Shown one piece after another: positions 10,118 through 19,427 of a DNA stretch of 64,000 nucleotides. The first letter of the stretch is position 1; each line of letters begins with the position of its first letter. Location: NCBI GenBank assembly GCA_024231215.1, contig JAAEQR010000142.1, positions 356,593-420,592 of the forward strand. The letters run 5' to 3'. This DNA comes from PVC group bacterium. Lineage in GTDB: Bacteria > Omnitrophota > Gorgyraeia > B26-G9. The position numbers and the translations under genes were made by a program. Below the pieces are notes generated by a model, which made no database searches, was not told the origin of the DNA, and saw only the letters and a list, made by a program, of their open reading frames with translations.

Positions 10118-11096
10118 TTTGCTCTTTTCGTTTATTTGTAAGCCGCATCAAAAATTTTCGGGACCGAAACCCCTCATTTTGAGCCTGCGCCATAAGATGG
10201 GAATAAATGTACCACTGAAAAGATTCTTTTTTTATGAATTTAGAAATAATCCAAAGCCATAAAGGTAAAACTTTACTGTTAAAAAACAATTCCCGAAGAA
10301 CTTCTTTGATAATTTTCTCCAATGACGAATAATCACGTAAACCAAATTCAAACAAAACATTTCTTTCATCAGTTAATTTTGATTCCCAGATTGCCAGTGC
10401 CGCCCCCAGCCTTTTATTATGCAAGATAAAGGGCTTGGGATCCTCAAAAATATGATAATGATAAACACAAGCATTAGGGTTATACTTAATACGCAGCCCT
10501 TTTTTTCCCAGGCGATGTCCTAACTCTCTATCTTCGTGAGCAGCATAAGGAAAATCTTCATCGAACAGCCCGTTATTTATTAAAAAATCTTTCTTGGCCG
10601 AAATATTACAGGTTATGAAATCAATCGGTCTAGCTTCCTCTAACCCTTTTATTTTATCAAACTCACCAATTAAATAGTGACTGGCAAATATAGGCACTGG
10701 AATACCCTCAGCCCAGGTAGCATATCCTAAGATTGCTATGTTTTCATCAGGCCATTTTTTATGGCAAATAACATGTTGTTCGAGAAAATCATCGGCCGGG
10801 ATAGTATCATCATTGATAAAAAGAACCAGAGGATATTTTGCTTCTTTAATACCTCGATTTCTGGCAATAGCTGGGCCCTTATTTTCCTGAAATAAGTAGC
10901 GTATGCTAATCTTGCACGACTGGCAATACTGCAAAATGCTCTCTCTGGTCCCGTCAGTAGAACCATCATCGACAATAATTATTTCAAAATTTGAAAGAGA
11001 AAAAGTCTGCCTATTAAAAGCATCCAGGACACGAAATAATACATCTTTTCGATTATAAGTCGGCATAATTACTGTAAGCATATCAAACCTCAACAT
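10107..11096 (-). CDS. family 2 glycosyltransferase
   Basis: LTVIMPTYNR...EIIIVDDGSTDGT. Confidence 0.7.
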   Translation of the reverse strand: MLRFDMLTVIMPTYNRKDVLFRVLDAFNRQTFSLSNFEIIIVDDGSTDGTRESILQYCQSCKISIRYLFQENKGPAIARNRGIKEAKYPLVLFINDDTIPADDFLEQHVICHKKWPDENIAILGYATWAEGIPVPIFASHYLIGEFDKIKGLEEARPIDFITCNISAKKDFLINNGLFDEDFPYAAHEDRELGHRLGKKGLRIKYNPNACVYHYHIFEDPKPFILHNKRLGAALAIWESKLTDERNVLFEFGLRDYSSLEKIIKEVLRELFFNSKVLPLWLWIISKFIKKESFQWYIYSHLMAQAQNEGFRSRKFLMRLTNKRKEQNVS

Positions 11097-11126
11097 TAAG
11101 ATTGTCTCAAAAAATTATATTGAAAA

Positions 11127-12011
11127 TCAAATAGGCGAAGAACTATCACAAATAAAATCAGCTAATTGGCAAAGCAACCCCGGAGATTCTAAAGCGCCTA
11201 CAGAATTCTTGGCCAAGGATATCTTTTTACGCGCCATTTTACGGACTTTTCTCTGTCCATGAACAGCAACATAAGACATTTTTCTCTGTTTTTTATCTTC
11301 ATCCGTTACTGTACTAATTTTTTTCTTGAATTCGGCAGCATCCAGTAAATCATCAAATATTTGGACAGCTATTGCAATATTTTTAGCATACGTTGTCAAA
11401 GCTTCTAACTCATTTTCATTTGCACCTGATACAATGGCTCCGCTTTTAACAGCAACATTGATCAATTCTCCTGTTTTATGAGAGCATATGTATTCAAGAA
11501 CATCCTTATCCATGAATTTTCCCCTGGAAAACATATCAACCACTTGACCGGCAATCAAACCTGTCATCCCGATAGATTTTGAGAGTTCCTGCATCAAATG
11601 TAACGCCAATGTAGCTTCCTTATAGCCATTGCTTACAAGTGCAAAAGCAGAACTTAATAAGCAATCACCCGCAACAACAGCCATATTTTCCCCGTACACT
11701 TTATGATTAGTGAGTTTTCCATAACGATAATCTCTATTTCCTGTTGCTGGCAAATCTTCATGAATAAAAAAGCCTGTATAAATGAGTTCAATTGCACAGG
11801 CAACAGGCATAAGCATTTCTGCCTTGCCTCCAATAATCTGGCCGGTAGCAATACATAGTAGTGCCGGCCTGAGGCGTTTACCACCGGCAAATATACTATA
11901 GCGCATTGCTTCAATCAGAATTTTTGGAATTCCTGCTTTTGGTTGAAGATATTCGTCCAAAGCTCTATCGATATCATTTTGTGTATTATCTAAATATGTT
12001 ATTATTTCCAT
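11127..12011 (-). CDS. polyprenyl diphosphate synthase (trans-IPPS) with a degenerate first Asp-rich motif
   Basis: GGKRLRP and KLTNHKVYGE motifs with an intact second motif QIFDDLLD. The first motif reads FIHEDLPATGNRDYRYG instead of the canonical IHDDLPxMDNDDLRRG. Confidence 0.7.
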   Translation of the reverse strand: MEIITYLDNTQNDIDRALDEYLQPKAGIPKILIEAMRYSIFAGGKRLRPALLCIATGQIIGGKAEMLMPVACAIELIYTGFFIHEDLPATGNRDYRYGKLTNHKVYGENMAVVAGDCLLSSAFALVSNGYKEATLALHLMQELSKSIGMTGLIAGQVVDMFSRGKFMDKDVLEYICSHKTGELINVAVKSGAIVSGANENELEALTTYAKNIAIAVQIFDDLLDAAEFKKKISTVTDEDKKQRKMSYVAVHGQRKVRKMARKKISLAKNSVGALESPGLLCQLADFICDSSSPI

Positions 12012-12045
12012 TTTTAAACCTTTTGCCTCCCCAATTATTTAAAAA

Positions 12046-12981
12046 TTAACTCTTTTTATATATGCCAATAGCAAAGCCAATTCCCCAATAAACTAAACCC
12101 ATTGCAAACAATACCAATACCAAAGGCCTTTTTGTGATTACTTGTGGCTGATATCTTAAAAAAACGATACCTGTTCTGATAAATTTTACAACCGCTAAAA
12201 GTGGAACCAGCAATAGCCCGAGCAAAGAATTGCGCGCGATAAACGAACCTTCCAGGTTAACTACTTTCATCACTTTCGCGGTTATTTCCCCGATTTTCCG
12301 CTGATGAACGAAAAATTCTTTTAAATTAGACCGATGCAGATGCCTGACCTGAATATCTGGTGAAAAAATAATTTTCTCACCCTTCTGCCGTAAATTATAA
12401 TTAAAAACCAGATCTTCTTGAGGATAGTACTTTCCGTCAAAAAATCCAAACTTCTCAAAGATGTCTTTTTTATAGGAAATATTACACGTTGGTATATGGA
12501 CTGCCTCATGTCTGGGGGCTCCGGGAAGAAACTCACGAAATTCCGCAATATACCCAGCCCAGCCAATCAGATCACTTTCCTCATTAGCTATATCTACCGC
12601 ACCTCCTACAACATTATACCCTTGATCATAAGCAGTTTCTATGTTTTTCAGCCAATCATAACTGGCAATACAATCCGAATCAATAAATGCAATAATTTCC
12701 CCTTTAGCTTTCTCTATTCCCAAATTACGAGCAGTCCCCGGATCTGTTTTTTCTTCTAAGTGGGTCAATTTAGTATCAGGATATTCTTGTCTTACAATAT
12801 TCGGAGTATTATCATCAGAACTATCCACTAGAATTATTTCATATTCGTTTTCATAGGATTGGTTTTTGAGAGAATCAATACATTTTCCAATCGTCTGCTC
12901 AGAATTATATGAAGGAATAACTATTGAAATCACTTTTTTGACTCCTTTGGAGCAAAAATTAAATACTGATGATGTGCCCAT
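12046..12981 (-). CDS. family 2 glycosyltransferase
   Basis: ISIVIPSYNSE...YEIILVDSSDDNT. The 52-nt overlap with the upstream gene suggests a GTG start at 12933 (GTGA overlap) rather than 12981. Confidence 0.7.
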   Translation of the reverse strand: MGTSSVFNFCSKGVKKVISIVIPSYNSEQTIGKCIDSLKNQSYENEYEIILVDSSDDNTPNIVRQEYPDTKLTHLEEKTDPGTARNLGIEKAKGEIIAFIDSDCIASYDWLKNIETAYDQGYNVVGGAVDIANEESDLIGWAGYIAEFREFLPGAPRHEAVHIPTCNISYKKDIFEKFGFFDGKYYPQEDLVFNYNLRQKGEKIIFSPDIQVRHLHRSNLKEFFVHQRKIGEITAKVMKVVNLEGSFIARNSLLGLLLVPLLAVVKFIRTGIVFLRYQPQVITKRPLVLVLFAMGLVYWGIGFAIGIYKKS

Positions 12982-13763
12982 AGTTTTTGGATAAGATACG
13001 GCGAATTTTCAAGCCAAGAATGTTTCATTATTTCTATTTCCATCTGCGGGTTCTTTCCGCTAAAATAATCAAGAATACACAAATAATCATTCTGCCCTAA
13101 GCTATCTTTCTTAGGTTTAATACCTATCTTAGCTAAAAGTTCCTCTTTTTTCATAGCAATATCAGGCCACCAAGGAGTATCTAAATACCCCTGTTTTTGC
13201 AAATTCCAGCCTAAGTTCTTTAAAAAACTTTTTATCTTATTCGCATCTATATGCTCTGGATATGGAATACCCTCTTGCTTAGCATCTTTCATCCTCATTT
13301 TACAAAATACATTTGATTTATTAGGAATACAAATAAAAATGACTTTTCGGCTTACCCGGCTCAACTCCCTTAAAAAATTATCAAGCTTCGAGATATACCA
13401 CAAAGCCGCAAAATTCCAGCTTAGATCAAAAGCCTTATCATCAAACGGTAAAACTTTATTATCAATAGCACAATGTTCAATATGTACAGCTAAAGCTACT
13501 TCTTGCCAAACATCCTTGATCTTATGAATCCTTTCCTCATCAAAATCAGTAATAGTCACTGGAATTTTCTTAGCTACCCACCATAGGCTATTAATGCCAG
13601 AAACTCCCGTCATCCCAAAGCTAGGTGTTTCGAGAACATTCTCAATCCCATATTTATTTTTCATATCTTCAAAATAACCATGCAAAATAAATCGTTCATA
13701 AGTCGATCCCAAACCCTCATGATGGTTTTTAAAATAATCACCCCAAGTAGTGCTAATTGCCAT
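12930..13763 (-). CDS. hypothetical protein, possibly class I SAM-methyltransferase-like
   Basis: Gly-rich loop LETPSFGMTGVSG followed by an acidic ITDFDEE strand, like MTase motifs I/II. Weak. Confidence 0.35.
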   Translation of the reverse strand: MAISTTWGDYFKNHHEGLGSTYERFILHGYFEDMKNKYGIENVLETPSFGMTGVSGINSLWWVAKKIPVTITDFDEERIHKIKDVWQEVALAVHIEHCAIDNKVLPFDDKAFDLSWNFAALWYISKLDNFLRELSRVSRKVIFICIPNKSNVFCKMRMKDAKQEGIPYPEHIDANKIKSFLKNLGWNLQKQGYLDTPWWPDIAMKKEELLAKIGIKPKKDSLGQNDYLCILDYFSGKNPQMEIEIMKHSWLENSPYLIQKLWAHHQYLIFAPKESKK

Positions 13764-13775
13764 ACTTGCCTCTTT

Positions 13776-15317
13776 CTAGTTTTTTATTCGATATACCGGA
13801 CATAATGGCGAATCAATAATTTTCTCAAACTCAGCTCCATCCCCCATAAGTTTTTTAGCGAGACTGTTCGCCTGAGAAAGCGTTCTATTTAATAGTTGTT
13901 TTTTTTGAATACGCTCCGCCCCCCATAACTTCTTAGCTAGCGGTGAGGGCCAATAAAGACTTTCTGAAAAATAAACTGTCCTTCCTTTGAAAAGCTCCTC
14001 AGCCGAATCAACTAAATTAAAAAAATCTCTAACATTTGATGACCAGTTTAGCCAAAAACTTTCCTCTAACCTATTAATTGTCTGCTTATTTGGATACCGA
14101 GTGTCTCGGATAAGCATATTCGGCCGGCCGCTAAGAATAAAAATGTTTTCTTTGTCATTTACTGAATACCAGTAGCAAACACCGAAATTATATTTTGAGA
14201 ACATTATCGCTCTAGGCTCATATATTTCATGTAACTCTGCTACAACTCTCTGTATTTCTACAGCATTCCTTTTTTCCTCAGATACTAACATATTCAATGA
14301 CACCACTAAATAAAAAAACAACACAACTGCAACAAGTGCCTTCCCCTGATTCTTTTTCTTAAACAGTTTAATAATTCCTTCAGACGCAAAAAAACTAACT
14401 GGTATAAATGTTATTATGAGATGGTCTCCGGAAAGCAATCCTAAGTTAAAAATATATAATAAAAACGGCAAGAACCAGGCCCCAAAGAAAATTAATACTT
14501 TTCTGTTTTCTTTTAACAAAACAACCACTCCCCCTAAAGCAAACAGGGAAATTATGTTAAAAGAAACGCCATACACTTTAGCCAACTCAAAAAAAACATA
14601 TCCGCTTATCTCAAAAAAATTAACTGTTTTCACAAAAAGTTCCGGAACAAAAACAGCCGCTGCAAAAACCTCCACAACCCTTTCCGGTTTACACAAGAAT
14701 AAAACTGCTAAAATCAAAAAAGGCAATAAAAACTTAAATAGCCCTATTTTCCCAGCTTTCTTTTGCACCACGAGACATCCCAAAGGAAACAATGCCAATA
14801 ATGAGGTAGGCGTTATAGAACAAGCGACAACTTCAAATAAACCGGCCGCCAAGAAATGTCCCTTAAGGATTAAAATTGCTGCCAACATTATCACAGCCAA
14901 CTGCGGGATATATACCTCCCCATGCAAAGAAAACAACATAAATGTTCCAGAAAATAATAAGATAAATGCGGCAATCAGACTTTGCAAACGATTATTCGTA
15001 AAATTAAGCGTCAGCATATACATACAAACAACACAAATAGCCGAAGCCAACACGGAAAGATATCCGAGAGTAAGCAAGGAACTAGCCCCCCCCATTCTCA
15101 TAAAAAAATGCATAATTGCCCCAATAACATAATAACCAAAATGGACAACCGTAGCATCAAAGCTCGACAAACTGCGAGCATATGTATAGGTATCACCATT
15201 TGCCGGCGGATGAATCATAAAAAATGGCAAAACAACAAGTACCCCTAGGAATAGAAGGGTTTCTATTTTATGTTTTTCCCAATTCTTTTTTAAAAATTTA
15301 GAGATTTTATTTTTCAT
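13776..15317 (-). CDS. GT-C-type membrane glycosyltransferase-like protein (ArnT/PMT/DUF2723-like)
   Basis: About 9-11 N-terminal TM helices with an early periplasmic-loop motif HPPANGDTYTY. Soluble C-terminal domain; 513 aa. Confidence 0.4.
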   Translation of the reverse strand: MKNKISKFLKKNWEKHKIETLLFLGVLVVLPFFMIHPPANGDTYTYARSLSSFDATVVHFGYYVIGAIMHFFMRMGGASSLLTLGYLSVLASAICVVCMYMLTLNFTNNRLQSLIAAFILLFSGTFMLFSLHGEVYIPQLAVIMLAAILILKGHFLAAGLFEVVACSITPTSLLALFPLGCLVVQKKAGKIGLFKFLLPFLILAVLFLCKPERVVEVFAAAVFVPELFVKTVNFFEISGYVFFELAKVYGVSFNIISLFALGGVVVLLKENRKVLIFFGAWFLPFLLYIFNLGLLSGDHLIITFIPVSFFASEGIIKLFKKKNQGKALVAVVLFFYLVVSLNMLVSEEKRNAVEIQRVVAELHEIYEPRAIMFSKYNFGVCYWYSVNDKENIFILSGRPNMLIRDTRYPNKQTINRLEESFWLNWSSNVRDFFNLVDSAEELFKGRTVYFSESLYWPSPLAKKLWGAERIQKKQLLNRTLSQANSLAKKLMGDGAEFEKIIDSPLCPVYRIKN

Positions 15318-16293
15318 CAGTAATCGCCTCTAAATATGCAGTAAATTTTTTTTCTGTGTCGGAAAACTCGAAATTATTTCCAGAATCAGGCTGCGTCGGC
15401 AAATAATACCAATCTTTTGACAACAACTGCATCCTAACACTCCACTTTTCATTTTTTATAAATTTAAAAATCAAATTAGCGACAGAAAAACATATATCTG
15501 GGATCTTCAACATTCGGGGATATTTCTTCTTATAAAAATTAAAATAAATCAAATCTGCTAATCTGCTTAAAATGATAGATTGCTTATCGGCAATAACAAA
15601 CACGTTACTTTTTTTAATATCAGCTGATAAAAAAAAGCTGAAAACTTCTGCTAGTTTTTCCACATCAAGAAGATGGATTTTAGTATCGTGTGAAGGAAGA
15701 ACCAACATCCTCCTTCGTATCAGCTTTATTAAAATAGAAGAGAATCCGTTATCATTCTTTCCGTAAGTTATTGTCGGTCGAATAATTACCGCATCTAACC
15801 CCTTTTTTACAAACTCCTGCACCGTCTGCTCAGCTTTAGCCTTAGAATTATGATAATCATTATCCGGAGCTAATACCGTATCTATATCCGCCGGAACCTT
15901 TTGGGGGATAGTTCCCAACACTCCGACCGAACTACAAAAAATAAACCGCTTAATCCGATGTTCTAATGAAGCTTCAAGTAAAATTTGCGTACCTTTAACA
16001 TTGACTTGCTCATAGAGATGCTGCAGTCCTGCTCCGGTCCCGCGTAATGCAGCACAGTGAATAACATAAGCTATGGGGAATTTTTCAAATATATCTAAAA
16101 CTGTTTTCTTATTATGGAATTCTCCTTTTACAAGAATAACTTCTTTTGTTTTTAATTGCTCTGTATTTTTATAATTAACATCCTCCCGAACAATAGCAAC
16201 AATATTATATATATTTTGTTCTATTAACTTTTCCGCAATATGAGAACCTATAAATCCAGTTGCTCCAGTTATAAACACACATTCTTTATTCAT
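15307..16293 (-). CDS. NAD-dependent epimerase/dehydratase (SDR extended family)
   Basis: VFITGATGFIGSHIAEKL Rossmann motif; 328 aa. Confidence 0.75.
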   Translation of the reverse strand: MNKECVFITGATGFIGSHIAEKLIEQNIYNIVAIVREDVNYKNTEQLKTKEVILVKGEFHNKKTVLDIFEKFPIAYVIHCAALRGTGAGLQHLYEQVNVKGTQILLEASLEHRIKRFIFCSSVGVLGTIPQKVPADIDTVLAPDNDYHNSKAKAEQTVQEFVKKGLDAVIIRPTITYGKNDNGFSSILIKLIRRRMLVLPSHDTKIHLLDVEKLAEVFSFFLSADIKKSNVFVIADKQSIILSRLADLIYFNFYKKKYPRMLKIPDICFSVANLIFKFIKNEKWSVRMQLLSKDWYYLPTQPDSGNNFEFSDTEKKFTAYLEAITDEK

Positions 16294-16294
16294 T

Positions 16295-17383
16295 TCATCT
16301 TAACCTCAAAAAATTCCATCCTACCCGGCATAATGTCTTTGCATGATGCAAAATATTCGTATAGCTGGCATTAGCCAATGGACAATAGCATTCTTTGTTC
16401 TTAATACACTTTCGTGCTTTATTCGCCTCTTCAGAAAACCAGACCTTTTTAAAATCGTAATCCGCTTCTCTCAGGTTACCAATACATTTTGCTGTTATAC
16501 AACACATCCAGACATCACCCTCAGGCGCTACCTGCGCGGAAGCAAAACCAGCAAAACACGGGATAACCTGACGATGCTCCCGTAAAATCTGTTTCACCAT
16601 GCGATAATACTCAATGCGAAACACTCTAGTAATTTTCCCTGCTTTACTAAAATCACCGGTTTTCAGTTTGTCGCTAAGGAAATCTACAGCTTTTGCATAT
16701 TCCTGATAATCAGGAGAAATTCCGGCATTCATGGTTCCAAGCTCCTGACGCTCTTCGGCAATTTCCGTAACATAGGAATCCGGCTTCAATGCACTTAAAT
16801 GCTCGTAAATTTCCGGAATACGCGAAACATTAAATCTCGAAATTACAGTGTGAATACCCACGGAAAGATTCGGTAGTTTAAGCGCTTTCAAAGCAAAAAA
16901 TGTCTTTTTAGCCTTTTCATAATTTCCCGGAACTCCGCGAATAACATCATGCCTTTCTCCGATATCGTCGATAGAAACATTAATCACTATCTGAGACTTC
17001 TTGCAATACTCAGCAATCGTTTTAACCAAATCCGGGATTTTATCTGCCAGCAAACCGTTTGTAGGGATATTAATAATTGCCGGGCCACAATCCTGATATA
17101 AAGAACATACAATCTGTTCGATATCACTGCGAAGAAACGGTTCTCCCCCGCTTATTGTTACCCATACAACACTTTTGCCAAATTTTTTAATTATTTTTTT
17201 CCACTCTACCAGGGATAATTCCTCAGACTTTTTTTTGTATATATTACAGGTTTTACAACTTGAGTTACACTGATAACTGAGACTAAGGGTAAGATTCATC
17301 GGCAGTTTACGAGGATAACTAAACAAGCGAAATAAATAGTATCCAGGAATTTTTGAAATTACTTTCAGCATATTTAATCCCAC
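16295..17383 (-). CDS. radical SAM protein with C-terminal SPASM/twitch-like Cys cluster
   Basis: CNSSCKTC (CxxxCxxC) at the N-terminus. C-terminal cysteines VIPCFAGF...VWMCCITAKCIGN...CIKNKECYCPLA. Confidence 0.7.
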   Translation of the reverse strand: MGLNMLKVISKIPGYYLFRLFSYPRKLPMNLTLSLSYQCNSSCKTCNIYKKKSEELSLVEWKKIIKKFGKSVVWVTISGGEPFLRSDIEQIVCSLYQDCGPAIINIPTNGLLADKIPDLVKTIAEYCKKSQIVINVSIDDIGERHDVIRGVPGNYEKAKKTFFALKALKLPNLSVGIHTVISRFNVSRIPEIYEHLSALKPDSYVTEIAEERQELGTMNAGISPDYQEYAKAVDFLSDKLKTGDFSKAGKITRVFRIEYYRMVKQILREHRQVIPCFAGFASAQVAPEGDVWMCCITAKCIGNLREADYDFKKVWFSEEANKARKCIKNKECYCPLANASYTNILHHAKTLCRVGWNFLRLR

Positions 17384-18264
17384 TTCTTAGTTGAAGTGGA
17401 AATCTCCCATATAAAGGGATTGTTCTTACGAACATAGAAATCATAATACCCTAGAGCTCGGCTATAAAGCTCTAAGCATATAGCTCCTATAGCCCACATA
17501 TTCTTTTTCATATCCCACCAATATTTTTTCTTTAAGATAAGCTCAATCATGCTTCTTGCCGGATTCTGAGTGCTTACTTTGTAATTTCGTGTCTTTTTCA
17601 AATACTCATGTCCGGCAGTTATCCGTCTTCTTTGTCTAATAAAATCACGTATCGTCTCTGGGCCTTTATTATAAACAATCGCGTCCTCAACATACGCAAG
17701 GTTATATCCTTCTTTTCTTACAATAGATTCAATACTTGCTTCGTCCACTGCCGTATCATTAGATATGGATCTGACAAAATTTCTAAACGCCACCAATTCT
17801 CCCAACTTTGGAGTTATAAGTGCCACCTGATGGTGTTTCAACCAGAGGAAATGAACTGTAAAACCTATAAAGGTATCCTGAGAATTAACTGGAATCGAAC
17901 GAGCCCCTGTCATTCCGATAGAAGAATCTTTGAACGGAGCAATCAGTTTATTGAAGGTTCCTTTCGCAGGAACCGTATCCGCACTTTCTAGAATAAATAT
18001 GTCTCCTGAGGCATCAGCAAGAAAAAGATTTATTGCCGATGCTTTCCCTTGCCGTGTTGGCTGGGAAATAAGTCTAATACTCTTATCTTTAGCAATAAAA
18101 GAACGGACAATATCTTCAGTACTGTCTGTACATCCTGATGCAACAACAATAATTTCCTTCAGAACAGCATCGCACAATTCCTGTGCTAATGCTGTCTCTA
18201 GCAAGCGACCAATGTTGCCTTCCTCATTATAAGCCATTATTCCTAAAGATACATTCGTCATCAT
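17374..18264 (-). CDS. family 2 glycosyltransferase-like
   Basis: SLGIMAYNEEGNIGRLLE N-terminus; GT-A fold features; 296 aa. Confidence 0.55.
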   Translation of the reverse strand: MMTNVSLGIMAYNEEGNIGRLLETALAQELCDAVLKEIIVVASGCTDSTEDIVRSFIAKDKSIRLISQPTRQGKASAINLFLADASGDIFILESADTVPAKGTFNKLIAPFKDSSIGMTGARSIPVNSQDTFIGFTVHFLWLKHHQVALITPKLGELVAFRNFVRSISNDTAVDEASIESIVRKEGYNLAYVEDAIVYNKGPETIRDFIRQRRRITAGHEYLKKTRNYKVSTQNPARSMIELILKKKYWWDMKKNMWAIGAICLELYSRALGYYDFYVRKNNPFIWEISTSTKKWD

Positions 18265-19040
18265 TTGTCTTCATTTTGGGAACCACTAGCTACAAATTCA
18301 TCATAATTTTTAAAAAGATACGACAAATGCTTAATTATTTTCTTAAATGGCGCACGAAAGCGTAACGTTATCCAAAATGCTTCTTTTACAACATTACGGG
18401 ATATTTTAGAATCACCATGTTTTCTCTCTTTAAAAAGAATCGGAATTTCGTGAACACTGAAGTTGTTTTTGAATGTCAAATGTATCATCTCTATCTGAAA
18501 AGCATAACCATCTGACTTTATGCTATCAAGATCTATCTTTTCCAACACTTTCCGATTATAACATCTATATCCAGCAGTAAAATCCCATATTGGTTTGACC
18601 ATTACATACGAAACATACATATTTGCAAATTTGCTAAGCAACAGCCTTCGGAATTTCCATCCCTCGACCCTTACCCCATTTACATACCTGCTTCCAATAA
18701 TTAAATCATACTTCTTTGCTGCCTCAAGAAAATCCTGTAGATACTTGGGATCATGAGAAAAATCCGCATCTATTTCAAAAATCAGATCAGCTTCCTTCGC
18801 CAGAGCTACCTTAAACCCTGTTACATACGCTGTACCCAGTCCCATTTTTTCGGGACGATGTAATACATTTATTCGGGGATCCTGTTTGGCCAGATTATCA
18901 GCAATATCTCCGGTACCATCCGGTGAATTATCATCAACTATGATTAGATTAAATTCAGGCTGAAGCGCAAAAATCTGCGTAACAAACTCTTCAAGATTTT
19001 TAGCTTCATTATATGTTGGAATAACCGCAAACACTTTCAT
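18261..19040 (-). CDS. polyprenyl-phosphate hexosyltransferase (Dpm1-like GT2; dolichyl/polyprenyl-phosphate mannose or glucose synthase family)
   Basis: VIPTYNEAKNLEEF...IIVDDNSPDGTGDIA...HRPEKMGLGTAY. First gene of the long minus-strand operon. Confidence 0.75.
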   Translation of the reverse strand: MKVFAVIPTYNEAKNLEEFVTQIFALQPEFNLIIVDDNSPDGTGDIADNLAKQDPRINVLHRPEKMGLGTAYVTGFKVALAKEADLIFEIDADFSHDPKYLQDFLEAAKKYDLIIGSRYVNGVRVEGWKFRRLLLSKFANMYVSYVMVKPIWDFTAGYRCYNRKVLEKIDLDSIKSDGYAFQIEMIHLTFKNNFSVHEIPILFKERKHGDSKISRNVVKEAFWITLRFRAPFKKIIKHLSYLFKNYDEFVASGSQNEDK

Positions 19041-19427
19041 ATAAATTTCTCACTTTTTCATCAACACATTGAAAGTACTTATGTTAAACATTTTACATCA
19101 TATACAGATAAGTAACAAGTGATTTTAAAATATATCATGATTCCTTATAGGTTGCAAATATACTCGCAAATTATTATGCGATTTCTTTACAAATTTCGAT
19201 ATATCAACTCACAACACATTAAAAACAAAGAGCTTGAAAGAAATCTGCCCACTAATCAAAAATTGTAGATTCTTTATAACCGGTACAAAAAATAACTCTG
19301 CAGGATATTTAATAAATAAGCGTTCACACCCAAAAACCAACAAGCTAATTCCTTTTATTTCAATATTTTAGCAGTAAATATTTTTTCTTTCTTTATCTCT
19401 CAATCGTTATAAGATATAATAAAAATT

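Noticed and set aside
14416-15132. 238-aa plus-strand ORF (Lys/Asn/Thr-rich) antisense to the GT-C-like membrane protein gene
   Set aside because: It lies entirely inside a well-supported minus-strand gene. It is low-complexity with no motif, and is typical of a spurious antisense ORF in AT-rich DNA.
19041-19427. 387-bp AT-rich divergent intergenic region as a possible ncRNA or riboswitch
   Set aside because: No conserved structure or repeat is visible, and AT-rich divergent promoter regions of this size are ordinary here.
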